The notes: a model not told the origin generated them from the letters alone. A DNA stretch of 64,000 bases from Burkholderiales bacterium (GCA_020848075.1 JADLAV010000021.1:5421-69420), one strand, 5' to 3'. Positions 35,685 through 44,012 are shown, counted from the first letter of the stretch. Made by a program: numbers and translations.

Positions 35685-36907
35685 TGGAAATTCTCCTGCT
35701 CGGCATCTATTCGGCCATCGTCTGGCTGATCTTCATCAAGTTCAAGTGGCTGCCCTGGAACATCGTGAGCCAGGTCACCGTCGTCGTCATCCCGATCGTC
35801 GGGCTGACGGTGCTCATCCTGCTGCTGAACGTCGTCGCCCCGTCATCGGCCGACGTGCGCGTCTACAAGTACACGATTCCGATCGTCTCCCAGGTGAGAG
35901 GCCGGGTGATCGAGGTGCCGGTCGTGGAAGGGAACGTGCTGGTCAGGAAGGGCGATGTCCTGTTCCGGGTCGACCCGATGCCCTACCAGCTCGATGTCAA
36001 TACCCTCGAGGCGCAGCTCGCGAGCGCGCAGGCGCAGCAGCGGGAATTGGAAGAGCAGGCGAAGGGCGCGAAGGCGAAAGTCGCCGAGACGCGGAGCAGC
36101 ATCGCACAGGCCGTGAGCCGCACACGCGAGGTGGGCGCGCGGCTCGAGCTCGCGCGCAAGCGGGTCGAGCAGCACCGGGAGCTGGCGAAGACCGGTGCGG
36201 GCACCAAGTTCGACCTCGAACGAGCCGAGACCGACGTCCAGGAGCTGGAGGGCCAGTACGATGCCGCGCGCAGCGTGGAGGCGCAGGCGCATGCCGCGGA
36301 GGCGCAGGCCCTGGCGAGCGAGCAGCAGGTCCAGCAGAAGCTCGGTGCGAAGGTGAACGGCGAGTATGCGCAGGTCGCGCAGATCCGCGCCCAGCTCGAG
36401 AACGCAAGATGGCTGCTCGGCGAGACGACGACCCGCTCGCCCTGCGACTGCTACGTGATCAACCTGCAGCTGCGGGCGGGCGCCTTCGTGGCGGCCATTC
36501 CATTCAACGCGGTGATGACGCTCGTCGAGGCGGACGGCCAGGTGGTCGCGCTCTATCACCAGAACGAGCTGCAGAAGGTCGAGCCGGGCAACGAGGTCGA
36601 GTTCGCGCTCGAAACGCTCCCCGGCCGGATCATCAAGGGCAAGGTCGATTCGATCGTCTGGGCGCAGGGGCTGGGGCAGATCCCGGCGAGCGGGACGATC
36701 CCGATGACCGGCTTCCTGGCGATGCCCGCGGGCCGGTACGCGGTGAAGTTCGACATCGCGGAGCGCGACAAGGCGGTCTTCCTCGCTGCCGGCGCCGCTG
36801 GGCAGGCCGCCATCTACACCGAGCACGTGCACGCGATCCACATCATCCGCAAGGTGATCCTTCGCGTCGGCTCGTATCTCAACTACCTGATCCTCAAGCT
36901 GCACTGA
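35684..36907 (+). CDS. HlyD-family membrane fusion protein (YiaV/YibH-like, N-terminal TM anchor)
   Basis: ATG 35684 overlaps the upstream stop (TAATG). MEILLLGIYSAIVWLIFIKFKWLPW... has two N-terminal TM segments, a long coiled coil and a C-terminal barrel. Confidence 0.88.
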   Translation: MEILLLGIYSAIVWLIFIKFKWLPWNIVSQVTVVVIPIVGLTVLILLLNVVAPSSADVRVYKYTIPIVSQVRGRVIEVPVVEGNVLVRKGDVLFRVDPMPYQLDVNTLEAQLASAQAQQRELEEQAKGAKAKVAETRSSIAQAVSRTREVGARLELARKRVEQHRELAKTGAGTKFDLERAETDVQELEGQYDAARSVEAQAHAAEAQALASEQQVQQKLGAKVNGEYAQVAQIRAQLENARWLLGETTTRSPCDCYVINLQLRAGAFVAAIPFNAVMTLVEADGQVVALYHQNELQKVEPGNEVEFALETLPGRIIKGKVDSIVWAQGLGQIPASGTIPMTGFLAMPAGRYAVKFDIAERDKAVFLAAGAAGQAAIYTEHVHAIHIIRKVILRVGSYLNYLILKLH

Positions 36908-36910
36908 CAA

Positions 36911-38350
36911 ATGCGCACGCCTTGCGCGATCCTGGCGGCGGTCGCAGCGAGTCTCGCGGGCTGCGCGCTGCAGACTCCGCCCGAGCGCGCCGAGCTTGCG
37001 AAGCAGGCGATGCCGAACCTCGCGGCGCCGACCGGTTGGGCCGCGCAAGGTGCGGGGGCCTCCGGCACCGTCGCCGATCGCTGGCTCGCCGGCTTCAAGG
37101 ATCCGCAGCTCGATGTTCTCGTCCGGGAGGCGCTCGCATTCAACCCCGATCTGCAGGTCGCGGCGGCGCGCGTCGAGCAGGCCGCCGCCTACGTCAAGGT
37201 CGCCGGCGCGACGCTCTATCCGCAGGTGAATCTGCTCGCGCGCGGCGGCGGCAAGCTGAGCGGCGACTCGAGCGGATTGCAGGGCGTCGGCCTGTTCGTC
37301 AACTGGGAGCTCGATCTGTGGGGGCGCGTGCGCGCCGGTCGCGAGGCCGCGCAGACGCAATACGACTCCGCCGCACTCGATGCCGAGTACGCGCGGCAGT
37401 CGATGGCGGCGCTCGTCGCCAAGAGCTGGTTCCTGGCGACCGAGGCGCGGCTGCATCGAGCCATCGCCGAAAACATGGTTGCCGCATCCGACCGCCAGCT
37501 CGCCCTCGCGCAGGACCGGCTGCGCGTCGGCAACGGCGACGAGTACGACGTGAGTCTCGCGCAGGCGAGCCTGGCGACCTACCGGGACAGCGTGCAGAAT
37601 CTCGAGCTCGCCTACCAGCAGTCGTTGCGCGCGCTCGAGGCGCTCGCTGGCCGCTATCCCGCCGCCGCGGTGAGCGTGCCGGCGCACCTTGCGGCGATGC
37701 CCGGACCGGTGCCGGCGGGAATGCCCTCCGAGCTGCTCGAGCGCCGTCCGGATGTCGTGGCGGCCGAGCGGCGCGTCGCCGCCGCTTTTTATCGCGTCGA
37801 GGAGGCGAAGGCGGCGCGGCTGCCGCGGATCTCGCTCACCGCCGCCCTATCCAGCATCTCGAGCGAGCTCTTCGTGCTCAAGGAGCGGGACAACCCGGTG
37901 TGGAGCGCGGGCGCGTCGCTGCTCGCGCCGATCTATCTCGGCGGCCAGCTGCAGGCCCAGGTCGAAGTGCGGACCGCGGAGCAGAAGCAGGCGATGGCCG
38001 ACTACGGGCGCATCGGCGCGCGCGCGTTCGGCGAAGTGGAGAACGCGTTGTCGGCCGAGTTCGCGCTCGCGGAGCGTGAAGCCATCCTGCAACGGGCCGT
38101 GGCGGAGAACGAGCGGGCGCTCGAGCTCGCGAACGTCCGGTACCGGGTCGGATCGGGCGATCTGCGCGCCGTGCAGCAGCAGACGCTCGCCCTCGACGCA
38201 GCGCGCACCGCGCTCCTGCGCGTGCGGAGCGAGCGTCTCGTGCAGCGGGTGAACCTGTACCTCGCCCTAGGGGGGAGCTTCGACGAGCGCGGGCCCGCGC
38301 CGCAGGCAGCGGCGCCCGGCGGGGCCGCCGCGAGCGGGGCGCCGCAGTGA
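36911..38350 (+). CDS. Outer membrane factor lipoprotein (NodT family)
   Basis: 479 aa. Signal AAVAASLAGC lipobox, then typical OMF repeats. Starts 4 nt after the MFP stop. Confidence 0.92.
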   Translation: MRTPCAILAAVAASLAGCALQTPPERAELAKQAMPNLAAPTGWAAQGAGASGTVADRWLAGFKDPQLDVLVREALAFNPDLQVAAARVEQAAAYVKVAGATLYPQVNLLARGGGKLSGDSSGLQGVGLFVNWELDLWGRVRAGREAAQTQYDSAALDAEYARQSMAALVAKSWFLATEARLHRAIAENMVAASDRQLALAQDRLRVGNGDEYDVSLAQASLATYRDSVQNLELAYQQSLRALEALAGRYPAAAVSVPAHLAAMPGPVPAGMPSELLERRPDVVAAERRVAAAFYRVEEAKAARLPRISLTAALSSISSELFVLKERDNPVWSAGASLLAPIYLGGQLQAQVEVRTAEQKQAMADYGRIGARAFGEVENALSAEFALAEREAILQRAVAENERALELANVRYRVGSGDLRAVQQQTLALDAARTALLRVRSERLVQRVNLYLALGGSFDERGPAPQAAAPGGAAASGAPQ

Positions 38351-38483
38351 CCCTGGATGGTCCACTTTATCCCCGCGGCCGCATGAGTGACGCGGCCACG
38401 CCCCTGAGACGGATTCGAGCGCGAGGCTGGGGCGAAGGCCCGGGAGCGCGCCCGATGACGATTGCCCACGAAGGAGGTTGACC

Positions 38484-38867
38484 ATGAAGGGAAGTGCTTT
38501 GCTCGCCGGCGCGGCCGCGCTCTTGCTGTCCGCCGGCGCATCGGCAGCGCCTATCACCAAGGAGAATTTCATGCTGCGCACGACCGGCGACCTGATCGCG
38601 CTCTGCGGCGTGAGCCGGGACGATCCCGACGCGGTCGCGGCGATCCATTTCTGCCATGGCTATTACGTCGGCATGGACCAGTACGCCGCGGTCACGGGGC
38701 GCGTGTTCCGCAACCGGCTGTTCTGCCCGCCGGAAGGCGTGAAGCTCACGCGCGACCAGGTGATCGGGATGCTGGTCGACTGGCATCGCAACCACCCGCA
38801 GTACGCGTCGGAACCGCCGCTCGACGGGATCATCCGCTTTGCGACGGCGACCTGGCCCTGCAAATGA
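38484..38867 (+). CDS. Secreted Cys-containing protein, Rap1a/Tai4-like pattern
   Basis: ATG 38484 is 6 nt after GGAGG. Signal peptide ...SAGASAAP. Cys spacing L..C...FCHGYYVGMD...FCPPEGV...WPCK resembles periplasmic Rap1a-type immunity proteins (from memory). Confidence 0.7.
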   Translation: MKGSALLAGAAALLLSAGASAAPITKENFMLRTTGDLIALCGVSRDDPDAVAAIHFCHGYYVGMDQYAAVTGRVFRNRLFCPPEGVKLTRDQVIGMLVDWHRNHPQYASEPPLDGIIRFATATWPCK

Positions 38868-38902
38868 GCGCCGCACGGCGAACTCGACAGAGGAGCACTG
38901 AA

Positions 38903-39181
38903 ATGAAGCGAAATGTTGCCATCGGCGTCGTCACCGGCGCCGTCCTGCTCTCGAGCTGCGCGGGAATGACCGATACGCAGCAGCGCGCGATGACCGGCAC
39001 CGCCATGGGCGCGGCCGGCGGTGCGGTCATTGGCGCGATCGCCGGAGACACCGGAACGGGCGCCCTGATCGGCGCGGGTGTCGGTCTGCTCGGCGGCCTG
39101 ATCGTCGATAACCAGGAAAAGCAGAAGGAGCAGGCCTACAAGCAGGGCTACCAGGCTGGCCAGCAAACGCAGCGCAAGTGA
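38903..39181 (+). CDS. Glycine-zipper lipoprotein (YMGG/Rick 17kDa-antigen-like)
   Basis: ATG 38903. Lipobox LLSSCAG, then GTAMGAAGGAVIGAIAGDTGTGALIGAGVGLLGGLIV. Confidence 0.8.
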   Translation: MKRNVAIGVVTGAVLLSSCAGMTDTQQRAMTGTAMGAAGGAVIGAIAGDTGTGALIGAGVGLLGGLIVDNQEKQKEQAYKQGYQAGQQTQRK

Positions 39182-39208
39182 TGCTCGGCAACGCCGGATG
39201 AGGATGAG

Positions 39209-39340
39209 CGGGTACGCGTCCACGAGCCGATCGACCGCGTCTCCGAGGCGATCTTCGGCCCGCTCATGGCGATGACGTTCTTCGGTTCACTCAACGTGGC
39301 CACGGCCGGCCGCAAGGAGGTGCGTACGATGATGATCATC
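39209..39340 (+). pseudogene. Possible remnant of a membrane-protein gene N-terminus (VIT/CCC1-like?)
   Basis: No start codon, but a strong G/C third-position frame. Reads RVRVHEPIDRVSEAIFGPLMAMTFFGSLNVATAGRKEVRTMMII, in frame with the downstream lipoprotein ORF. The family assignment is from memory only. Confidence 0.3.
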
Positions 39341-39376
39341 CCACCCGCTCTCGGCCCGGTCGGCAAGGGAGCATCC

Positions 39377-39727
39377 ATGTTTCGAACGCTTCGCATCATC
39401 GCCGCATTGCTTGTGGGCAGCGCGCTGCAGGCGGGCTGCGTCGTCTATGAGCCGGTGCCCGTGTATTCCGGCGCGCCGTCGAAGTTCGACCGCGCGTGGA
39501 GTGCCGCGGTCGGCGGCGCGCAGGACGCCGGCGTCCAGGTCGCGTCGGCGGACCCCGCGACCGGGCTCATCCGCGGCAGCAAGGACGGCATCGACGTGAC
39601 CGTGGCCGTCGCGCGTCAGGCCGACGGCAGCGTGCGCGTCCAATTCGATGCCAAGGGGCCGACGCAGCGCGACCCGGGGCTCAGCAACCGGTTCTCGCAG
39701 GCGTACGACCGGCGTATGGGCCGCTGA
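39377..39727 (+). CDS. Lipoprotein, function unknown
   Basis: ATG 39377 is 5 nt after GGGAG. MFRTLRIIAALLVGSALQAGC lipobox. Confidence 0.75.
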   Translation: MFRTLRIIAALLVGSALQAGCVVYEPVPVYSGAPSKFDRAWSAAVGGAQDAGVQVASADPATGLIRGSKDGIDVTVAVARQADGSVRVQFDAKGPTQRDPGLSNRFSQAYDRRMGR

Positions 39728-39832
39728 GCCGACTCGCGATGGAGCGGCGGCCCCGCGCGCCGGGGCCCGCCAGTACCGGTATCGACGGCCGTGCAGACAT
39801 CCAGATTCCAATCCTTCCGCAAGGAGACTTCA

Positions 39833-40390
39833 ATGACCATTTTGCTCCGCTCACTCTCCATCCTGCTGGTGTTGGTCGCCACGGCGACGCTGGTTGTGCC
39901 GCAGCCCGCGGCCGCCGCCACCGCGGCCGAGCTGAATCGCGAAGCCCAGAAGGCGCTCAACGCGCTCTACGCGAAGAACCCCGGGGCCAAGTCGATCGGC
40001 AAGGATGCGGTCGCCGTCCTCGTCTTTCCGAGCGTCGTCAAGGCTGGGCTTGGCATCGGCGGCCAGTACGGCGAGGGCGTCCTCTACCGCAGCGGCAAGG
40101 CGGTCGCCTACTACAACACCGCAGGGGCGTCCGTGGGGCTGCAAGCCGGCGCACAGAAATACGGGTACGCGATGTTTTTCCTGAGCGAGGACACGCTCGC
40201 GTATCTCGATAAGAGCGAGGGATTCGAGGTGGGCGTCGGGCCCTCGGTCGTGGTCGCCGATCAAGGGCTTGCCAAGTCGACGACCACGACGACGGTGAAG
40301 GACAAGATCTACGCGTTCATCTTCGACCAGAAGGGCGCGATGTACGCGCTCGGCATCCAGGGCAACAAGATCACGAAGATCAAGAAGTGA
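39833..40390 (+). CDS. SYLF (DUF500/Ysc84-like) lipid-binding domain protein, secreted
   Basis: ATG 39833 follows AAGGAGA. Signal peptide, then VLVFPSVVKAGLGIGGQYGEGVL..GASVGLQAGAQ..GFEVGVGPSV. Confidence 0.82.
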   Translation: MTILLRSLSILLVLVATATLVVPQPAAAATAAELNREAQKALNALYAKNPGAKSIGKDAVAVLVFPSVVKAGLGIGGQYGEGVLYRSGKAVAYYNTAGASVGLQAGAQKYGYAMFFLSEDTLAYLDKSEGFEVGVGPSVVVADQGLAKSTTTTTVKDKIYAFIFDQKGAMYALGIQGNKITKIKK

Positions 40391-40458
40391 AACGAGCCGG
40401 CGTGGGAGCCGGCGTTCGCTCGGAACGTCCGCGCGCGCCTGGGCGCGTACTCGCGAGG

Positions 40459-40776
40459 TCAGTTCGTCTGCGACGCCCCTTTGCCGGCACGGCGGCGCCA
40501 GGCGACGTAGGGAAGGATTGCGAACACCGAAACCACGAGGTAGGCGAGAACCGTTGCCTTGACGGCTGGCGACGCATCGTTGAACGTCGCGACCAGCAGC
40601 GCGAGCGCCGGAACGGCGATCAGCACGGAGAACAGGCCACGGATCATCGGACCTGGTCTTTGCCAGATCCACCGCAGCTCGCGGGGCGCGATGCCGAGGC
40701 CCAGCGTGAACATCACCGTGAAGACAGTGACCGCGGCGAACGCGGTGAGCACCCATTCCGGAATCGGACCGTTCAC
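40459..40776 (-). CDS. Small membrane protein; its N-terminus resembles the first helices of bile-acid:sodium symporter (SBF) family proteins and it may be truncated
   Basis: 105 aa. FTVMFTLGLGIAPRELRWIWQRPGPMIRGLFSVLIAVPALALLVA. Full-length SBF proteins are about three times longer. Confidence 0.5.
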   Translation of the reverse strand: MNGPIPEWVLTAFAAVTVFTVMFTLGLGIAPRELRWIWQRPGPMIRGLFSVLIAVPALALLVATFNDASPAVKATVLAYLVVSVFAILPYVAWRRRAGKGASQTN

Positions 40777-40815
40777 TTGTCAGTCCGTCGCGTCCGCGAC
40801 CGCGAGGGTGCGCCC

Positions 40816-40911
40816 CGATTGGTGATCCCACACCCGACATGGGATGATTTCCTGGCCTTGGCGTTCGACGAGATTCGTCCCACTGCCGCCAAGCCGTGCG
40901 GCCCGCGTTAG
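40816..40911 (+). pseudogene. Possible C-terminally truncated gene remnant (DUF2254-like motif)
   Basis: Only the last 31 codons of ORF 40387..40911 look protein-like: RLVIPHPTWDDFLALAFDEIRPTAAKPCGPR. The rest is antisense shadow. Overlaps the ppk2 stop. Confidence 0.25.
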
Positions 40912-41735
40912 AACCGCTCCTTGATGAACTTGAACGGATAGTCCGGCTCACGATAGCCGCCGGGCTTCTGCCGCTTGGGCAGCGTCACCTTCTCGCGCGG
41001 CGCGCTCTTGTAGGGGATCTGGCTCAAGAGGTGGCCGATGATGTTGAGGCGCGCCCGCCGTTTGTCGTCCGACCTCGCCACGTACCACGGTGCGAATCCG
41101 GTGTCGGTCGCCTTGAACATCTCGTCGCGCGCCCGCGAGTAGTCGTACCAGCGGCTGTAGGACTTGAGGTCCATTGGCGAGAGCTTCCAGATCTTGCGTC
41201 CGTCGTCGATACGCGATTCGAGCCGGCGGGTCTGCTCCTCCGGGTTCACTTCCAGCCAATACTTGATCAGCTGGACTCCTGAATCCACCATCGCTTTCTC
41301 GACGAGCGGCACGGCCTTCAGGAACTTCTGCGCCATCTCCTCGGTGCAGAACCCCATCACGCGCTCCACGCCCGCGCGGTTGTACCAGCTGCGATCAAAG
41401 ATCACCACCTCGCCGGCCGCCGGCAGGTGCGGGAGGTAGCGCTGCACGTACATCTGGCTCTGCTCGCGCTCAGTCGGCGCGGGCAGAGCGATCACACGGA
41501 ACACGCGCGGGCTCACGCGCTCGGTGATCGCCTTGATGGTGCCGCCCTTGCCGGCGCCGTCGCGGCCTTCGAAGACGACGCAGACCTTGAGCCCCTTGTA
41601 CTTGACCCACTCCTGGAGCTTGACGAGCTCGACGTGCAGCTTCGCGAGCGCCTTGTCGTAGGCCTTGCGTGTCAGCTTCTTCGCCGGTGCCACGCCGCTT
41701 GCGTCGGGCGCCTTCGCTTTCGCTTTCGCCTTCAC
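40908..41735 (-). CDS. ppk2: Polyphosphate kinase 2 (single-domain, PA0141-like subfamily)
   Basis: VVFEGRDGAGKGGTIKAI, FDRSWYNRAGVERVMGF, KLSPMD. Start GTG 41735 (VKAKAKAKAPD...). The ORF-track extension to 41834 runs through the 22-bp palindrome. Confidence 0.9.
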   Translation of the reverse strand: MKAKAKAKAPDASGVAPAKKLTRKAYDKALAKLHVELVKLQEWVKYKGLKVCVVFEGRDGAGKGGTIKAITERVSPRVFRVIALPAPTEREQSQMYVQRYLPHLPAAGEVVIFDRSWYNRAGVERVMGFCTEEMAQKFLKAVPLVEKAMVDSGVQLIKYWLEVNPEEQTRRLESRIDDGRKIWKLSPMDLKSYSRWYDYSRARDEMFKATDTGFAPWYVARSDDKRRARLNIIGHLLSQIPYKSAPREKVTLPKRQKPGGYREPDYPFKFIKERF

Positions 41736-41801
41736 GGTTTCACCCCCCTGCCTCGGTCGCGGGTCTCGCGGCGACCACTCTACCGGGAGTGCACGACAGG
41801 G

Positions 41802-41823
41802 GAATCCTACTTTGGTGGGATCC
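41802..41823 (+). repeat. 22-bp palindrome family, copy c: GAATCCTAC-TTTG-GTGGGATCC
   Basis: Read directly from the sequence. Lies 67 nt upstream of ppk2 GTG 41735 and 33 nt beyond the kinase-regulator stop. Confidence 0.9.
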
Positions 41824-41855
41824 CCCAGCCGCACGCACGGACGTCGGCCCGAAGC

Positions 41856-43880
41856 TCAGGTGGTCGGGATGCTGTTGCCGGGGTTCGCCGGGTCAACGAG
41901 GAGCCCCGAGGCTGCGCAGACCCGCACGAGCTCGGCGACGGAACGGACCTCCATCTTCTCCATCACCCGGCCCCGGTGCTGCTTGACCGTCTGTTCCGCG
42001 ATGTCGAGGTCGGCGGCGATCTGCTTGTTCAACCGGCCCCGGATCACGAGCTCCATGACTTCGCGCTCGCGCGCGGAAAGACGGCTGACCAGCGCTCTCG
42101 ACGCATCCCGTTCGAGCGCCCGCGTACGCGCGCTGGCATGGCGCTCGAGCGCCTTGCGGACCACGGCGACGAGGACCTCGTGGTCGACCGGCTTGATCAA
42201 GAAATCCACCGCCCCGCGCTTCATCGCGCTCACGCCCGTCGCAACATCTCCCTGCCCCGTGAGGAACACGACCGGCGCCGCGACACCGTTGCTCGCCAGC
42301 TCTTGCTGCAGCTCGAGGCCAGACATGCCCGGCATCCGATTGTCGAGCAGGATGCATGCGACGTCCGCGAGGGACCCGCGCTCGAGGAACTCGCTCGCGG
42401 ACGCGTACGTGGCCACGGTCCACCCCGCGGCCGCAAGCAGGCGGGCGAGACCTTCGCGGACCGCGGCGTCGTCGTCGACGACGCAGACCGTGGGCTCCGC
42501 AGCGGTTGCCAGGGGCGGATGTTCCGGCGCGGCTTCCGCTGCCGGCACTGCCGCATGCCGGATGTCCCCCGCGCCCGCCTCGCCCTGGAGCTCGAAGCGG
42601 AAGGTGACGCCGCGATCGCGATTCGGCTCGACCCAGATGCCGCCGCCATGCGCGTGCACGATCGAGCGGCAGATCGCGAGTCCGAGCCCGAGCCCGTCAC
42701 TGCGCGCCGTCCAGAACGGCTCGAAGACGGCGTCGAGGTGCTCGGCCGCGATCCCTGGTCCCGAATCGCACACCGCGACGGCGACGCAACCCTCGCTGCT
42801 GCGGGAGACGGACAGGCGCAGGCGGCGGTCCCCCTGCGGGCATGCCTGCATCGCGGCGGCAGCGTTGAGGATCAGGTTGAGCGCGACCTGCTCGATCTGC
42901 GCCTTGTCCGCCACGACCCGGCACCCGTGCTCGAATTGGGTCTCGATGCGAATCCCCTGGCGCTCGAGCTCGGTTGCGAGCAGCGGGAGGAGCTGGCGGA
43001 TCGTCTCGGCGAGGTCGATCCGCGCGCGTCCGGTCTCGTCGCTCCGCGCGAGGACGCGTATGGTCCGGATGGTCTCCGCCGCCCGCTTGTCGTCGCGCAC
43101 GACGGCCTCGAGGATCGCGCGGACCGCCTCCGGCGAGACGCCCTCGCGGTCGAGATAGCGCAGCCCGGCCTGCGCATTGCTGAGGATCGCCGCCAGCGGC
43201 TGATTGATCTCGTGCGCGATCGCGGCCGTGAGCGCACCGATGCGCGTGACGCGGTCCGCATGCCATAGCCGCCGCCGCAGCCGCTGCGTCTCCTCGTCGG
43301 ACCGCGCGCGGGCCATGGCGCTCGTGAAGATCTCCCCGACGATCGTGAGCCGGGTGACTATGTCCTGGGGCCAGGCGCGCGCCTTGCGCATCCCCGCGAA
43401 CGAGAGGACGCCGGCCACGCGGCTGGATGCACGGAGCGGAAGGGAAAGATGCGAGCGCAGCCCGATCCGCCCGCAGTGTTCGGATTCCGCCGTCGCTTCC
43501 GGTGGCAGCTCGTCCGGTATGGCCGCCAACGCGACGGTGCGGCCGGCGCGAAGCTCGCCCAGGAACCACGTCAGCTCTGGGCCGAACGGACCTCGCGGAA
43601 TCGGCTCGAGACCACCAACCGCCACCGAGCACAGCACGATCAGCGTTCCGTCGGCGGCGAACTCGCTGTAGGTGCAGCGATCGTAGCCGAAGAAATCCAT
43701 CAGCCGCCCGAGCGCGCGGTCGATTTCCGGCACGATGTCGCCGTTCGCCGCGTTGGCGATGCGCGCCGAAACGTCGGCCAGGAGACGCTCGAAGGCAACC
43801 CACTCGGACAGGCTCGGATCGCTGGGGGTCTGCGCACCCTCGGGTTCGCCCGTTGCGGCCGTCCACCCGGTAACAGTCAC
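41856..43880 (-). CDS. Single-polypeptide two-component system: GAF - HisKA - HATPase_c - REC - LuxR/FixJ-type HTH
   Basis: One uninterrupted ORF. GAF-like N-terminus; H-box LTAAIAHEINQPL; DSGPGI...GLGLGLAI; receiver VCVVDDD...ILLDNRMPGMSG...DFLIKP; HTH LSAREREVMELVIRGRLNKQIAADLDIAEQTVKQHR. Preferred start is GTG 43880 (GAGGAA 8 nt upstream). ATG 44057 would read through an AT-rich promoter-like region. Confidence 0.85.
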   Translation of the reverse strand: MTVTGWTAATGEPEGAQTPSDPSLSEWVAFERLLADVSARIANAANGDIVPEIDRALGRLMDFFGYDRCTYSEFAADGTLIVLCSVAVGGLEPIPRGPFGPELTWFLGELRAGRTVALAAIPDELPPEATAESEHCGRIGLRSHLSLPLRASSRVAGVLSFAGMRKARAWPQDIVTRLTIVGEIFTSAMARARSDEETQRLRRRLWHADRVTRIGALTAAIAHEINQPLAAILSNAQAGLRYLDREGVSPEAVRAILEAVVRDDKRAAETIRTIRVLARSDETGRARIDLAETIRQLLPLLATELERQGIRIETQFEHGCRVVADKAQIEQVALNLILNAAAAMQACPQGDRRLRLSVSRSSEGCVAVAVCDSGPGIAAEHLDAVFEPFWTARSDGLGLGLAICRSIVHAHGGGIWVEPNRDRGVTFRFELQGEAGAGDIRHAAVPAAEAAPEHPPLATAAEPTVCVVDDDAAVREGLARLLAAAGWTVATYASASEFLERGSLADVACILLDNRMPGMSGLELQQELASNGVAAPVVFLTGQGDVATGVSAMKRGAVDFLIKPVDHEVLVAVVRKALERHASARTRALERDASRALVSRLSAREREVMELVIRGRLNKQIAADLDIAEQTVKQHRGRVMEKMEVRSVAELVRVCAASGLLVDPANPGNSIPTT

Positions 43881-43998
43881 CGCCGATTTCCTCGCTCTTT
43901 GGATCCGGTTTCGCGCACCGCACGACGGGTGGTCCAAGCGCGCCCGCGCCGGCGCGCTGCATCGAGCCGGAAGTAGGCAGCGACTGTATTGCGCATTA

Positions 43999-44012
43999 TT
44001 GATATTTGTCAA
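43999..44012. promoter_or_regulatory. FNR/Anr-type box TTGAT-ATTT-GTCAA upstream of the fused kinase-regulator
   Basis: 9 of 10 match to TTGAT-N4-ATCAA. Embedded in the locally AT-rich stretch TATTGCGCATTATTGATATTTGTCAAATG, about 125 nt upstream of GTG 43880. Confidence 0.4.

Noticed and set aside
41736-41834. Extension of ppk2 to 41834 (MRLGDPTKVGFPCRALP...)
   Set aside because: It translates the 22-bp palindrome. The same ...PTKVGF... peptide appears in unrelated spurious ORFs at the other copies. GTG 41735 begins the conserved PPK2 N-terminus.
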